A stretch of 64,000 nt of DNA. Source: a bacterium. GTDB lineage: Bacteria > Electryoneota > Electryoneia > Electryoneales > Electryoneaceae. This document shows, in pieces, positions 1-9,493 of this stretch (position 1 is the first letter of the stretch; every line of letters starts with the position of its first letter). Location: positions 1,344,001-1,408,000 of the forward strand of contig CAXXKJ010000002.1 of assembly GCA_963675295.2 (NCBI GenBank), in the 5' to 3' direction. The notes under the pieces were generated by a model. The model was not told the origin of the DNA and did no database searches. It saw only the letters and a list, made by a program, of their open reading frames with translations. A program made the position numbers and the translations under genes.

Positions 1-1803
1 CAAGAGCGTCACTTTGCGCACCTGGTTGAACTGGCCGGGCACGGTCGCCTGCACGAAATACACTCCGCTGCTGAGGTCGCGGCCGTCCAGGGTCAAGGTG
101 TGCTCGCCGGCGTTGGCGCGGCCGTTGAACAGCGTCGCGACCCGCTGGCCGTTCACGTTGTACACGTGCACCTGCAGCTCTGACCGTTGCGGCAGGTTCA
201 GCTGCATGCTGGTCGTCGGGTTGAACGGGTTCGGATACGCTTCGCTCAGCGCGTAGCTGGCCGGCAGGCCGCCGCGACGGTCGCTGACAGACGCCGCAGA
301 CGGATCAATCAATGTCCAGCCGAGATCATCCGGACCTGGCGCGATGCCGGTCTTGGTGAAGCTGAACATGTCCTCGGCGACAATCTGCTGATCCACGCTG
401 AAGCGTGCCCAGTATTCGTAGGCACCGCCCGGCACATTGCCCGGCACATTCTGGGTTAATGTCGCGGTGGTGATGGTCTGGTTCGGCTGCAGGGTCAGGT
501 TCGGGTAGTCGAGGATCGGGCCGTAGGTGTTGCCCAGCGGCGTGATCACCTCGGTCCACGCCGCCCCACTCAGCACCTGGTCGGTGTTGTTGGTCAGCAC
601 GGCGCTGAACTGGAAGCTGCCGCCGCCCCACGGGATCACAATCGGATCGCCAACCGGCAGCAGTTCGACGGCTGCCAACGGCTCAACTGGAAGCGGAATT
701 TCGACAGCGACGCAGTGCAGCTCGCCACCGAGCGGCGCGATCTGGTTGCAGTTGACGCCGACAACGTCCCAGTCTGGACCGAGCACTGACTCATAGACGG
801 CAATTGCTTCGCTGTCAGTCGCGAGGCCGTAGATCGGGATGATCGCCTTGCCGTTGATCAGGATGCTGTTGGTGTAGGTCTTGTAATAGCCGCCGGAATA
901 GTTTGGCATCGGGATGCGGACAATGTTGAACGTGCCGCCGTTGGCCGTCGGAACGTTGTCCATGTAGGCCGCGTGTGCTTCGACCAGGTCGTGGTTGACA
1001 TCGTTATCGTTGAAGTCGGCGACGATGATCGTGGAATCGTTGACCATCTTCGCCCAGATGTCGATGTGGCCGGTGCCGTCGTTGGCGATGCGTTGGAAAA
1101 TGTGCAGGTTGTCGATGCCGAAGTAGTCATGGTAGATCTGCTCTACGTCGTCAACATCGTAGCCGGGGTTGGCGTCGAGAACACGGGTCGACATCATCAT
1201 TGTGCCGTGCCCGTCGTTCATCATGTTGCCGCCCTCGTGGTACAGGTTCGGGCCGTAATAGCCATAGTCCCACTGATCGGCGAGCCATTCCGGGATGTAG
1301 TCGTCATGCGGACGGCTGTTGTAATACCGCAGATCGACAATCGACCACTCTCCCATGTCATCCACGAACCACGGGCCGAAATCCCGTACCCAGATGGCGT
1401 CTGTCGTGACGAACAGCCATTCGACATTGTCCAGCCCGACGCCGTAACTCGCCAGCGAGTTTGTGCACGAGTTCTGTTCGTTCGTGTTCGCGACGAGGAT
1501 GTAGACAATACCGGTATCCTGCGCATTGTCAACGATACCGGCGAAGATGTCGGGGAAGTAGAACGGCCAGCGGACAAGAATCCCTTCTTTCGGCTCGAAC
1601 TCGCCGTCCAGGTAGACCGGATTGTCCGGCGGCGGAGTCAGGGTGGCGATCTGCGGCGGACCCTGGTTCATCCGCTCCTGCTGTGTCATCCAGCGGGGGA
1701 GTGGTTCCTCACCACCGGGGAGGGTGTCTGCCTGCGCCAGTCCGGCGAAAGCGAATGCGGCAACCAGCAAGGCTGCGAGCAACATCAGTGGCAATCGGTT
1801 CAC
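1..1803 (-). CDS. Secreted agmatine deiminase / peptidylarginine deiminase family protein with Ig-like domain and T9SS type-A C-terminal sorting domain (3' end runs off window; absent from ORF track)
   Basis: Manual translation from GTG at 1803 (GAGGA upstream): signal peptide MNRLPLMLLAALLVAAFAFAGLAQA, motifs WVRDFGP, HEGGN, GTGHIDIW, GGELHC, then AYPNPFNPTT...LSSGVYF...RKVTLL. Confidence 0.9.
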   Translation of the reverse strand, partial: MNRLPLMLLAALLVAAFAFAGLAQADTLPGGEEPLPRWMTQQERMNQGPPQIATLTPPPDNPVYLDGEFEPKEGILVRWPFYFPDIFAGIVDNAQDTGIVYILVANTNEQNSCTNSLASYGVGLDNVEWLFVTTDAIWVRDFGPWFVDDMGEWSIVDLRYYNSRPHDDYIPEWLADQWDYGYYGPNLYHEGGNMMNDGHGTMMMSTRVLDANPGYDVDDVEQIYHDYFGIDNLHIFQRIANDGTGHIDIWAKMVNDSTIIVADFNDNDVNHDLVEAHAAYMDNVPTANGGTFNIVRIPMPNYSGGYYKTYTNSILINGKAIIPIYGLATDSEAIAVYESVLGPDWDVVGVNCNQIAPLGGELHCVAVEIPLPVEPLAAVELLPVGDPIVIPWGGGSFQFSAVLTNNTDQVLSGAAWTEVITPLGNTYGPILDYPNLTLQPNQTITTATLTQNVPGNVPGGAYEYWARFSVDQQIVAEDMFSFTKTGIAPGPDDLGWTLIDPSAASVSDRRGGLPASYALSEAYPNPFNPTTSMQLNLPQRSELQVHVYNVNGQRVATLFNGRANAGEHTLTLDGRDLSSGVYFVQATVPGQFNQVRKVTLL

Positions 1804-1847
1804 GGTATCCTCGTCGTTAAATCCGTCCAATGAGAAGTAGGTCGCTC

Positions 1848-1876
1848 AATGTAGCGGACGGGACAGGATAGAGCAA
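1848..1876 (-). promoter_or_regulatory. Putative sigma70 promoter for deiminase gene
   Basis: Minus strand TTGCTC-17 nt-TACATT about 45 nt upstream of start. Confidence 0.5.
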
Positions 1877-1916
1877 CGAGAGTCCTCAAAACCTCGAAGG
1901 TTTTCCCGGATTGCAA

Positions 1917-1948
1917 AGAGGGTCACCAGCGAATGCCGGTGACCCTCT
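1917..1948 (-). terminator. Intrinsic terminator of 2020..4605 gene
   Basis: AGAGGGTCACC/GGTGACCCTCT stem followed by short T run on minus strand. Confidence 0.7.
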
Positions 1949-1960
1949 CAGATCTCAAAT

Positions 1961-2385
1961 CTAGACTCTCAGCTCTGTCGTCCCGAGGAACGAGAGACTA
2001 GAGACGAGGGACTGTCGTCTTACTTCATCAACGTGACCTTCTGGATCTCGTTGAGCTGGCCCGGGACCTGCGCCTGGATGAAGTACAGGCCGCTGGAGAG
2101 GTGCTCAGCGTTGAAGACGTAGTTGTGCGAACCGGCGTTGACCTGGCCGTTAACCAGCGTCGCAACCTGCTGACCCGTGATGTTGTAAACCGTCACGGTC
2201 AGTTCCGCCGTTTCCGGCAGGTTGACGGCGAGGGTTGTGGTCGGGTTGAACGGGTTCGGGTACGCGGTTTCGACGCTGTACACGGTCGGCAGCTCGATGA
2301 CGGTTTCGCTGTCGCTGGCGATCAGTGCATCGATACCGACGAAGTCTTCCGGGTTCAGGATGCCGTCAACAGCACCCGTCTTGTA
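1961..2385. repeat. Near-identical direct repeat, copy 1 (CTD-coding region plus 3' UTR), partner about 4823..5244
   Basis: By-eye alignment: about a dozen mismatches over about 365 coding nt, and the downstream GACTCTCAGCTCTGTCGTCCCGAGG.ACGAGAGACTAGAGACGAGGGACTGTC is shared. Confidence 0.9.
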
Positions 2386-4605
2386 AAAGTTGAAACTGTC
2401 ACCGAACCAGTACGGTCCAGCACCCACTTCACCTGTAAACACGTACGTCCCCGCGGGGGCGTAGGGCGGAACGGTAACGCTCAGGTTGTTGAAACTGGCA
2501 TTCATGAACGGCTGCAGCGTGAATGGGATGTTATCCACTGCTACCGTATTGCCGTTCGGCAGTTCCACAGTAGACATGTACTGCACAGGGTACGATCCCG
2601 GCAGCTGGCTCGTCAGGTGTGCGTTGTAGACGACCGTACCACCCGTCGCGGGTACCGTGTCGGTGGTGACCGTCAGGTCGAGGGTCACCGGACCGCCTGG
2701 CACGTCTTCAATGTCCTCCTGCAGCGCGGGCATGAATTGCGGTACGCTGTTGTAGGAATCGACCACACCACGCACGACGATTTCATCGCCCTCGGCGTAT
2801 CCGGTCAAGTCAATGCCAGTATCGCCCCAGATACGGACCGTTGCTGGTCCGCTGCCGTCGTCAATTGTGAAGTTGAATGAAACACCCGGTGTCGGGGTGA
2901 ATCCGGGTTCAATCGTGCCGGTGATCGTTGACCACGTACCTTCGTACGGCAGTGCATTCTGCGTGAATCCATTCGTGGTCAGGTATTCATGCGGGGCGGG
3001 CAACGGATTGCCCGAACTCAGCAGCGTCCACGAGAAGTCAATCAGCTCGGTTGTGTCGTAGTATTGCAGGACCGCCGCCACAACTTCGATCTCATCCCCG
3101 CGCAGCAGGCCATCAACCGTCAACGGGTCCGGATCGTAGATATTGATCCCCCAGCCCGAATCATCCTGGATGTAGATATCCGCGAAACTGTTGTGTACTG
3201 TGTTGGCGGGAATCGTGACCACACCGGACACGCGTACCAGAATCATCGGGTCAATAAACGCATCAGGATCCTGCTGAATTTCGGCGATTGTCGCATCAAT
3301 AATTTCCGGCTCGGGTTCATACAGTTCGATGTCCACTCCCATCGCGGGCATCATCTGCGGCACGTTGTTGTATTGGTCAATGACACCGTGCACCACGATC
3401 TCGTCGCCGATTTCGTAGCCACTGAGATCGATGTTGGTGTCTTCCCAGATCCGGACCGTTGCATCGCCGGAGCCGTCATTGATGGTAAAGTTGTACGACC
3501 AGGATCCGGGATTTGGATCACTGGTGATAATCCCCTGCAGAACAGCCCACGTACCTTCGTAGTAGGTGGCGCTGGCGTGGAACGCTGCCGTATTCGAGAA
3601 GGTCATCGGATCGGGCAGCGGGTTGTCATCGCTGATATGTGTCGGTTGAAAATCGACCAGTTCGGTTGTGCCCAGGTAGTCCTGAACCGAGGCGACAATC
3701 TCAATGGCTCGTCCCCGGACAAACCCGTCACCGGCTGTTGTGTCCGGATCGTACAGGTTCACTCCGAAGCCGGAGTCATCCTGGATGTAGGCATCAGTGA
3801 AGGTTTCGTGCACGGTGTAGGCGGGGATGGTTATAATCCCGCTGACACGCACGCGCACGTCCGGATTCATGTAGACGCTGGTGTTTGTCTGGATCTCTTC
3901 CATGGTGGCGTCTACAATTGGAATGAAGTCCAGATCTTCCTGCAGCGCTGGCACCAGCCACACATGGTCGCCACCGTCCTTGATCACGCCGCTCACCGTG
4001 ATGATACCGCCGGCTTCGATCGCACTGAAGTCGAGGTTGGTGTCACCGTAGATGTGGATTCTCGCCTTGCTGCCGGACCCGTCCTCCAGTTCAAAGAAGA
4101 AGGTTTGGCCGGGCTGCGGATCGTAATCGGCCGTGATGATGCCTTTCAGCGTCGCCCATGATCCTTCCCACGGAAGCGCGGAATCATTGAAGTCCTCCAT
4201 GTCGTCGAATTCGATCGGGACGGGGAGCGGGTTGTCATAACTCAGGCCGGTCCAGGTGAAGTCTTCGAGCTCCGTAGTACCATAATACTCGTGCACATGG
4301 CCGACGACCTGGACTTCCGTGCCGCGTTCCAGTCCGGATGCCGCGCCAGGATCGGAATCGTACAGGCTGATCCCGTAACCGGTTCCGTCCTGGATGTAGA
4401 AATTGCAAAAGCCGGTCTGGATGGTGCCCGGTGGAACCGTCACGATACCGGTCACTCGGACGTAGAGCGAATCGTCCGACGTGTAGTAGGCTGTGTTGGT
4501 CTGGATCTGGGCGATGGTGGCGTCAACGATGATGATCTCAGCGTGCGATGTAAAACACGTGACAAATAGTGCAAGAAGCAGCACGAAACCCAACCTGCTA
4601 CGCAT
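2020..4605 (-). CDS. Secreted acidic protein with three tandem ~205-aa double OB-fold-like repeats, Ig-like domain and T9SS-type CTD
   Basis: Signal peptide; 3x (DATI..IQ...VRV.G..T...YIQD..G.G...GTTEL.DF...NPLP...YEG.W...DGSG.A..I...G..I.V.GV); AYPNPFNPTT CTD. Confidence 0.85.
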   Translation of the reverse strand: MRSRLGFVLLLALFVTCFTSHAEIIIVDATIAQIQTNTAYYTSDDSLYVRVTGIVTVPPGTIQTGFCNFYIQDGTGYGISLYDSDPGAASGLERGTEVQVVGHVHEYYGTTELEDFTWTGLSYDNPLPVPIEFDDMEDFNDSALPWEGSWATLKGIITADYDPQPGQTFFFELEDGSGSKARIHIYGDTNLDFSAIEAGGIITVSGVIKDGGDHVWLVPALQEDLDFIPIVDATMEEIQTNTSVYMNPDVRVRVSGIITIPAYTVHETFTDAYIQDDSGFGVNLYDPDTTAGDGFVRGRAIEIVASVQDYLGTTELVDFQPTHISDDNPLPDPMTFSNTAAFHASATYYEGTWAVLQGIITSDPNPGSWSYNFTINDGSGDATVRIWEDTNIDLSGYEIGDEIVVHGVIDQYNNVPQMMPAMGVDIELYEPEPEIIDATIAEIQQDPDAFIDPMILVRVSGVVTIPANTVHNSFADIYIQDDSGWGINIYDPDPLTVDGLLRGDEIEVVAAVLQYYDTTELIDFSWTLLSSGNPLPAPHEYLTTNGFTQNALPYEGTWSTITGTIEPGFTPTPGVSFNFTIDDGSGPATVRIWGDTGIDLTGYAEGDEIVVRGVVDSYNSVPQFMPALQEDIEDVPGGPVTLDLTVTTDTVPATGGTVVYNAHLTSQLPGSYPVQYMSTVELPNGNTVAVDNIPFTLQPFMNASFNNLSVTVPPYAPAGTYVFTGEVGAGPYWFGDSFNFYKTGAVDGILNPEDFVGIDALIASDSETVIELPTVYSVETAYPNPFNPTTTLAVNLPETAELTVTVYNITGQQVATLVNGQVNAGSHNYVFNAEHLSSGLYFIQAQVPGQLNEIQKVTLMK

Positions 4606-4646
4606 GTTTTCCCCCGGTTATGCGAACTAGTTCGTCTGAAAAACCA

Positions 4647-4675
4647 ATAATACAAAATGCATTCGCTGAAGTCAA
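4647..4675 (-). promoter_or_regulatory. Sigma70-like promoter for 2020..4605 gene
   Basis: TTGACT-17 nt-TATTAT on minus strand; perfect palindrome CGAACTAGTTCG at 4623..4634 just downstream. Confidence 0.65.
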
Positions 4676-4777
4676 CTAAATTCACTCATTTTTTGTGGTT
4701 ATTACTGGAGGTATATCCGTTTCCAGAATCCAAACTATTGATATTGTTACAGGAACATCAGAAAGGTCACCCAACAT

Positions 4778-4808
4778 AAAAAGGCCATCCGCGTTAACGG
4801 ATGGCCTT
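4778..4808 (-). terminator. Intrinsic terminator of 4879..7242 gene
   Basis: AAGGCCATCCG/CGGATGGCCTT stem with T run on minus strand. Confidence 0.8.
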
Positions 4809-4822
4809 GGCGTATTTCACAT

Positions 4823-5244
4823 CTCGACTCTCAGCTCTGTCGTCCCGAGGGACGAGAGACTAGAGACGAGGGACTGTCTTACTTCATCAACGTGACCTTC
4901 TGGATCTCGTTGAGCTGGCCCGGAACCTGCGCCTGGATGAAGTACAGGCCGCTGGAGAGGTGCTCAGCGTTGAAGACGAAGTTGTGCGAACCGGCGTTAA
5001 CCTGGCCATTAACCAGCGTCGCAACCTGCTGACCCGTGATGTTGTAAACCGTCACGGTCAGTTCGGCCGTTTCCGGCAGGTTGACGGCGAGTGTGGTGGT
5101 CGGGTTGAACGGGTTCGGGTACGCGGTTTCGACGCTGTACACGGTCGGCAGCTCGACGACGGTTTCGTCTTCGCTGGCGATCAGCGCATCGATACCGACG
5201 AAGTCTTCCGGGTTCAGGATGCCGTCAACAGCGCCCGTCTTGTA
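4823..5244. repeat. Near-identical direct repeat, copy 2 (partner 1961..2385)
   Basis: See copy 1; coding-part offset 2859 nt. Confidence 0.9.
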
Positions 5245-7242
5245 GAAATCGAAGCTGTCCGGGAACTGATACGGGCCGGCGCCAACCTGGCCGGTGAAGG
5301 TGTAGGTACCCGCCGGAGCGGCAGCCGGGACGCTGACGGACAGACCGGTGAAGGTCGCGTTCATGAACGGAGTCAGCGTGAACGGAATGTTGTCGATCGG
5401 GTACGTGTTGTTGTTCGGCGCGAGCACGCTCGAGGTGTAGCGGACCGGGTAGGTGCCACCGATGTTGCTGACGAGGTGCGCGTTGTAATAGATGTTGCCG
5501 CCGGTGGCCGGGACGGTGTCGGTGGTGACGTTCAGGTCGAGGTTGACCGGGCCGGTCTGGACCATCTCGATGTCACCGATTTCGCTCGGCTGCAGCTGGC
5601 ATTCGCTGTTGTAGGTGTCGATCGTGCCGCGCACGGTGATCTGGTCACCGATCGCGTACTGGCTCATGTCGAAGCCGGCCGCGGAGTAGATGCGGATCGT
5701 GGCGTCGCCGGAACCATCGTTGATCGAGAAGTTGAAGTCGCCCGGAAGGTTCGGCTCGGTGGTGATCTCACCGGTCAGCTCGGTCCATGTGCCTTCGAAC
5801 GAAAGGCCGCCGGTGTTGAAGTCGCCGGTGTCGAAGGTCAGTGGGGTCGGCAGCGGGTTGCCGGTGCTGAGCTCGGTCCAGCTGAAGTCGATCAGCTCGG
5901 TGGTATCGAAATACTGGTCGATCTTACCAATCACTTCGACCTGGTCGCCACGGTCGAGGCCTTCACCGTTCAGCGTGTCGGACGAGTACATCATGATGCC
6001 GTATTCGGAATCATCCTGCACGAACACGTCAACATAGTAGTCGTGAATAGTGTCGTGACCCTGGGTGACGATCGCGTTGACGCGCACGTAGTGGTAGGTC
6101 AGGGTGTCGCCGCCGAGGGAAGTGTCCGGATCGATGAACGCATACGGGTCCATCTGGATGTCAGCAACGGCCACGTCCAGAGTGTCCCAGACGGTGACGA
6201 AGTCCGGAGCCCATTCATTCATCGCGCCCGGAGTACCGAAGTCGCCATCGCCGAACTGCAGGTCGGCTTCGAGCCAGTTCGCGCCGTCATCGTTGTCGAG
6301 GGTCCAGTCGGTGAGCTGCATCGACGCACCGGTCGGATCCGGCCACACCGTGCCGCCGTCGTAAGAAACGCCATCCACGACGTTCATGCCGGTGTCGTAG
6401 AGGTAAACTTCGTCCGCGGAGTTGGACAGGAAGAAACCACTGTACTGATAGTCAACCGGGACACCACCGTTGAGGTTCATGTCAGCGTTGATGCCGAGGA
6501 CCGCGTAACCGCCGGCCGGGACAATCACGGTGCCGGTGATGACGTGGCTGTCGCTGTCGAGGTCGGCGAGGGTGTAGCCGTCAATGTCGACATCGAAGTT
6601 ACCCGGGTTGTAAAGCTCGACGTACTCACCGTCGTTGTCGCCAACCGCGGCCGGGTTCTGCATGATCTCGTTGATGACGAGTGCCGGCGGATCCGACCAC
6701 TCATTCAACGCGCCCGGGGTACCGAAGTCGCCATCGCCGTACGGCAGGTTCGCTTCGGCCCAGTTGGTGCCGTCGTTGTTGTCGAGGTTCGGGTCGAGGA
6801 GCTGCATCGACGCACCGTTCGGATCCGGCCAGACCGGGCCGCCATCGTACTCAACGCGGTCCATCTCGTTCATGCCGGTGTCCCACAGCACGATCTCATC
6901 GGCACCATTGCCGATGTAAAACGTGCTCGGGTATTCATAGTCAACGTTCACGCCACCGTTGGTCGCGAAGTCAGCATTGACACCGAAGACGAAGTAGCCA
7001 CCGGCCGGGACAACTGCAGTGCCGGAGACCACGAAGGTTTCGGCCGCGTTGGTCAGATCTTCGACCGTCCAGCCGTCCATGTCGACGTCAGTCGCGCCGC
7101 TGTTGTACACCTCAAACCACTCACCATTCGAGTCAGAAACCATCGACGGGTTCTGCATGATCTCGTTGATGATGATGTCGGCCTGTGCGGCCCCGGCGAC
7201 GAGCAGCGCCAGCATCAGAACAAACAATTTCGCACGCAGCAT
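4879..7242 (-). CDS. Secreted protein with two lamin-tail domains, one double OB-fold-like repeat, Ig-like domain and T9SS-type CTD
   Basis: Signal peptide; 2x INEIMQNP...E(W/Y).E.YN.G..DVD.DG.T...GTPGA (lamin-tail pattern); OB repeat homologous to neighbour; CTD. Confidence 0.88.
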   Translation of the reverse strand: MLRAKLFVLMLALLVAGAAQADIIINEIMQNPSMVSDSNGEWFEVYNSGATDVDMDGWTVEDLTNAAETFVVSGTAVVPAGGYFVFGVNADFATNGGVNVDYEYPSTFYIGNGADEIVLWDTGMNEMDRVEYDGGPVWPDPNGASMQLLDPNLDNNDGTNWAEANLPYGDGDFGTPGALNEWSDPPALVINEIMQNPAAVGDNDGEYVELYNPGNFDVDIDGYTLADLDSDSHVITGTVIVPAGGYAVLGINADMNLNGGVPVDYQYSGFFLSNSADEVYLYDTGMNVVDGVSYDGGTVWPDPTGASMQLTDWTLDNDDGANWLEADLQFGDGDFGTPGAMNEWAPDFVTVWDTLDVAVADIQMDPYAFIDPDTSLGGDTLTYHYVRVNAIVTQGHDTIHDYYVDVFVQDDSEYGIMMYSSDTLNGEGLDRGDQVEVIGKIDQYFDTTELIDFSWTELSTGNPLPTPLTFDTGDFNTGGLSFEGTWTELTGEITTEPNLPGDFNFSINDGSGDATIRIYSAAGFDMSQYAIGDQITVRGTIDTYNSECQLQPSEIGDIEMVQTGPVNLDLNVTTDTVPATGGNIYYNAHLVSNIGGTYPVRYTSSVLAPNNNTYPIDNIPFTLTPFMNATFTGLSVSVPAAAPAGTYTFTGQVGAGPYQFPDSFDFYKTGAVDGILNPEDFVGIDALIASEDETVVELPTVYSVETAYPNPFNPTTTLAVNLPETAELTVTVYNITGQQVATLVNGQVNAGSHNFVFNAEHLSSGLYFIQAQVPGQLNEIQKVTLMK

Positions 7243-7697
7243 GCTGCGATCCTCCTTTTGTGTATACGGATCTCTGGGTCAAGCTTGTCGTTAGAAAGAA
7301 TTCACGAGATCCTCCCCATCGGATCTCATCTCGGGCGGAAAGGTACTCGAGAGTATTAGGGTTTCGTTCAGTCCAGTTCAAGTCTGCGCCCTCCAGAGGC
7401 AGAGAGGTTAAGTCAATGATATATATAGAGTTATCATCTGCTAATTGTTAAATTGAGATATCATGTTAGCGACTGAGAAGGGGCGCAAACCCATAAAAAA
7501 CGGGGGTCTTGCACTCAATCAGCGCAGGGCGTCGTTATAAGTATGCCTCTCGAGCCAAAACTCAGATTGGATTTGCTGCACAGGTTCTTGTGTTCTCTGA
7601 AGTAGGAACGGGTCAGAAGTAGCCGCAATGCAAGGCTGGGGGGACGTGCAGCGGGAGATGGGCAGAAGATGGAAATCCGGATTTGCCCGGAACAAGA

Positions 7698-7732
7698 AAC
7701 GGGGACATTTCGCGTCCGGAAATGTCCCCGTT
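7698..7732. repeat. GGGGACA palindrome family copy 1 (REP-like; probably also a terminator)
   Basis: AACGGGGACATTTC-7nt-GAAATGTCCCCGTT. Confidence 0.8.
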
Positions 7733-7737
7733 GAGAG

Positions 7738-7855
7738 CTGCTTTTGCTGTTTTCTAAGGTCTTTGCCTGTCTTTTACTATCCGTTACTATCTGTTCCTGT
7801 CTTTTACTTCCTTTTCCTGCAGTTCCGAGAGACGAAAGACGAAAGACCAGAGACG
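7738..7855 (-). repeat. Degenerate 7-mer then 10-mer tandem array in 3' UTR of DsrK-like gene
   Basis: Minus strand: GTCTCTG GTCTTTC GTCTTTC GTCTCTC then AAAGGAAGTA AAAGACAGGA ACAGATAGTA ACGGATAGTA AAAGACAGGC. Confidence 0.75.
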
Positions 7856-7859
7856 GTCT

Positions 7860-9491
7860 TTACATCATATCCCAATCGAGGATGGGTTCGGCGGCGTCGA
7901 CCATCGCGTTACAAACCAGTTCGACCAGTCCGCCATAGTGGATGCCGGATTTTTCCTTTGCACCGTAGAAGTCGAGCATGTCGCGGATCGCGCCCTTGCA
8001 GTTCGAGCACGGCGCGCAGACATACTTCTTCGTCTCGTCGGTGTTCAGGTCTTCGTCGGCGAACGCGTTGAGGATCTGGGCGAACTTTTTCCGGCTGGAG
8101 ATCAGGTTGCGCCAGTCGTTGAAGTTGAACCCGGACATGATCGCGAAGCCGGACCCGCCGCCGCAGCAGTAATTGTGAATCCCATGGGGGTACATCTCGC
8201 GGAATTTCGGCGCGATCATCCGCAACACTTCGCGTTGCGGTTCAACGATCCCCAGGTTACGCACGGTGTTGCACGGGTCGTGCAACGTGACGGCGAAATC
8301 GTTCTTGCTCGGGTCGAGCTTGATGGCGCCACTCTTGACGATATCACGCACCAGCGTGAGGATGGACTCACGTGGCGGCAAGTCTGTCCCGACACGGTCG
8401 GCGATGGTCGCCAGCGCCTTGTGTTCGTGGCCGCACTCACCCATCACGATCTTCTTGACGCCGAGCTCCTTGGCGATCGCGAAGTGGCGTGAGGCGACAC
8501 GTGCGAGCTGCACGTCATCGTAGAACAGGCCGTAGTTGACGCCGTCGTAGCCAGCGATTTCGCTGGACATCGTCCAGGAAATTCCGGCCTTGTCGAGCAG
8601 CGCCGCGGTGCAGCCGTGATTCTCCGGCCACGCGAGGAACTCGCCGGCGTTCTCGATCAGCAGCACGTCCGCGCCCTTGACATCCCACGGCGTCTTCACC
8701 TCCCAGCCCAGCCGTTCGGAAATGTCTTCGTCGATAAACTCGATGTTATCCTTGACGACGACGGAGTTCATGCCGGTGGACGATCCGACTTTCAACTGCT
8801 GCACGGTGCCCTTTTCGTGCAATTCCTTCGGCGCCCAGCCGAGTTGCTGGCTGAACAGCTTGCGGATTTCACGGGTGATCAGGCCGTTGTCGACACCGAC
8901 CGGGCAGCTCTGCGCGCAACGGCGGCAGAGTGTGCAGCGGTAGGACAGCTCGTACAGGCGCGAAATCAGGGTGTAATTCAGCTCGATGCCGTTGTTCTGG
9001 AACGTCTTGAACCACTTGTTTCCCGGCTTGACGTGCTGGTGATACAGACGCCGCAGAATTTCCGCGCGGTAGGTCGGACGATAGAGCTCGTTGAAGCCGG
9101 ACGCTTCGTAGACCGGGCAGTTTTCGACACAGGTCTGGCAACGTGCGCAGTGTTCCATCGACAGCATCAGCGGCTGCAGGAAGGTCCAGTTGTCTTCCTT
9201 GGTGAACAGCTTGTGCAGGCCTTCGAGGAACTTGTTGACCAGCTCGGCTTCCTCTTCCTTGGTTTCCGGCTGTGGTACACCGGAGGCGAGGACACCGTCC
9301 AGCGTGGACGAATTGCCGTAGGATTTCTTCGTTTCGTCCTTCAGCTCCGCAATGTCCGGTGTGTATTCCGGTCCATCGTACGGTGCCGGCAACGGCATCA
9401 GATCCTTCGGATCAATCTTCGCGATCTGATCCTCACCCTTGCTGATATCCTTCACAGAGGCAGGCTGTACACCACAGAATTGGCAAGCCAT
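7860..9491 (-). CDS. DsrK/HdrD-like Fe-S oxidoreductase (2x[4Fe-4S] + CCG domain)
   Basis: CARCQTCVENCP and CTLCRRCAQSCP ferredoxin motifs; GECGH, HDPCN, NYCCGGGSG, CAPCSNC; 543 aa. Confidence 0.88.
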   Translation of the reverse strand: MACQFCGVQPASVKDISKGEDQIAKIDPKDLMPLPAPYDGPEYTPDIAELKDETKKSYGNSSTLDGVLASGVPQPETKEEEAELVNKFLEGLHKLFTKEDNWTFLQPLMLSMEHCARCQTCVENCPVYEASGFNELYRPTYRAEILRRLYHQHVKPGNKWFKTFQNNGIELNYTLISRLYELSYRCTLCRRCAQSCPVGVDNGLITREIRKLFSQQLGWAPKELHEKGTVQQLKVGSSTGMNSVVVKDNIEFIDEDISERLGWEVKTPWDVKGADVLLIENAGEFLAWPENHGCTAALLDKAGISWTMSSEIAGYDGVNYGLFYDDVQLARVASRHFAIAKELGVKKIVMGECGHEHKALATIADRVGTDLPPRESILTLVRDIVKSGAIKLDPSKNDFAVTLHDPCNTVRNLGIVEPQREVLRMIAPKFREMYPHGIHNYCCGGGSGFAIMSGFNFNDWRNLISSRKKFAQILNAFADEDLNTDETKKYVCAPCSNCKGAIRDMLDFYGAKEKSGIHYGGLVELVCNAMVDAAEPILDWDMM

Positions 9492-9493
9492 GC

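Noticed and set aside
1961-5244. Diversity-generating retroelement TR/VR pair
   Set aside because: Mismatches are mostly synonymous and not adenine-specific, both copies are coding CTDs, and there is no reverse transcriptase in the window
4960-7359. 799-aa + strand ORF (and similar long antisense ORFs at 29830..31713, 36329..38008, 50762..51913, 56390..57385, 61588..62673)
   Set aside because: Shadow ORFs caused by high-GC3 codon bias opposite clearly identifiable genes
7478-7700. c-di-GMP riboswitch, CIRCE element or small ORF 7628..8071 in the 600-nt intergenic region
   Set aside because: Only partial matches (GCAAACC; TTGCACTC without a second half-site); the ORF runs through repeats and antisense to the DsrK-like gene
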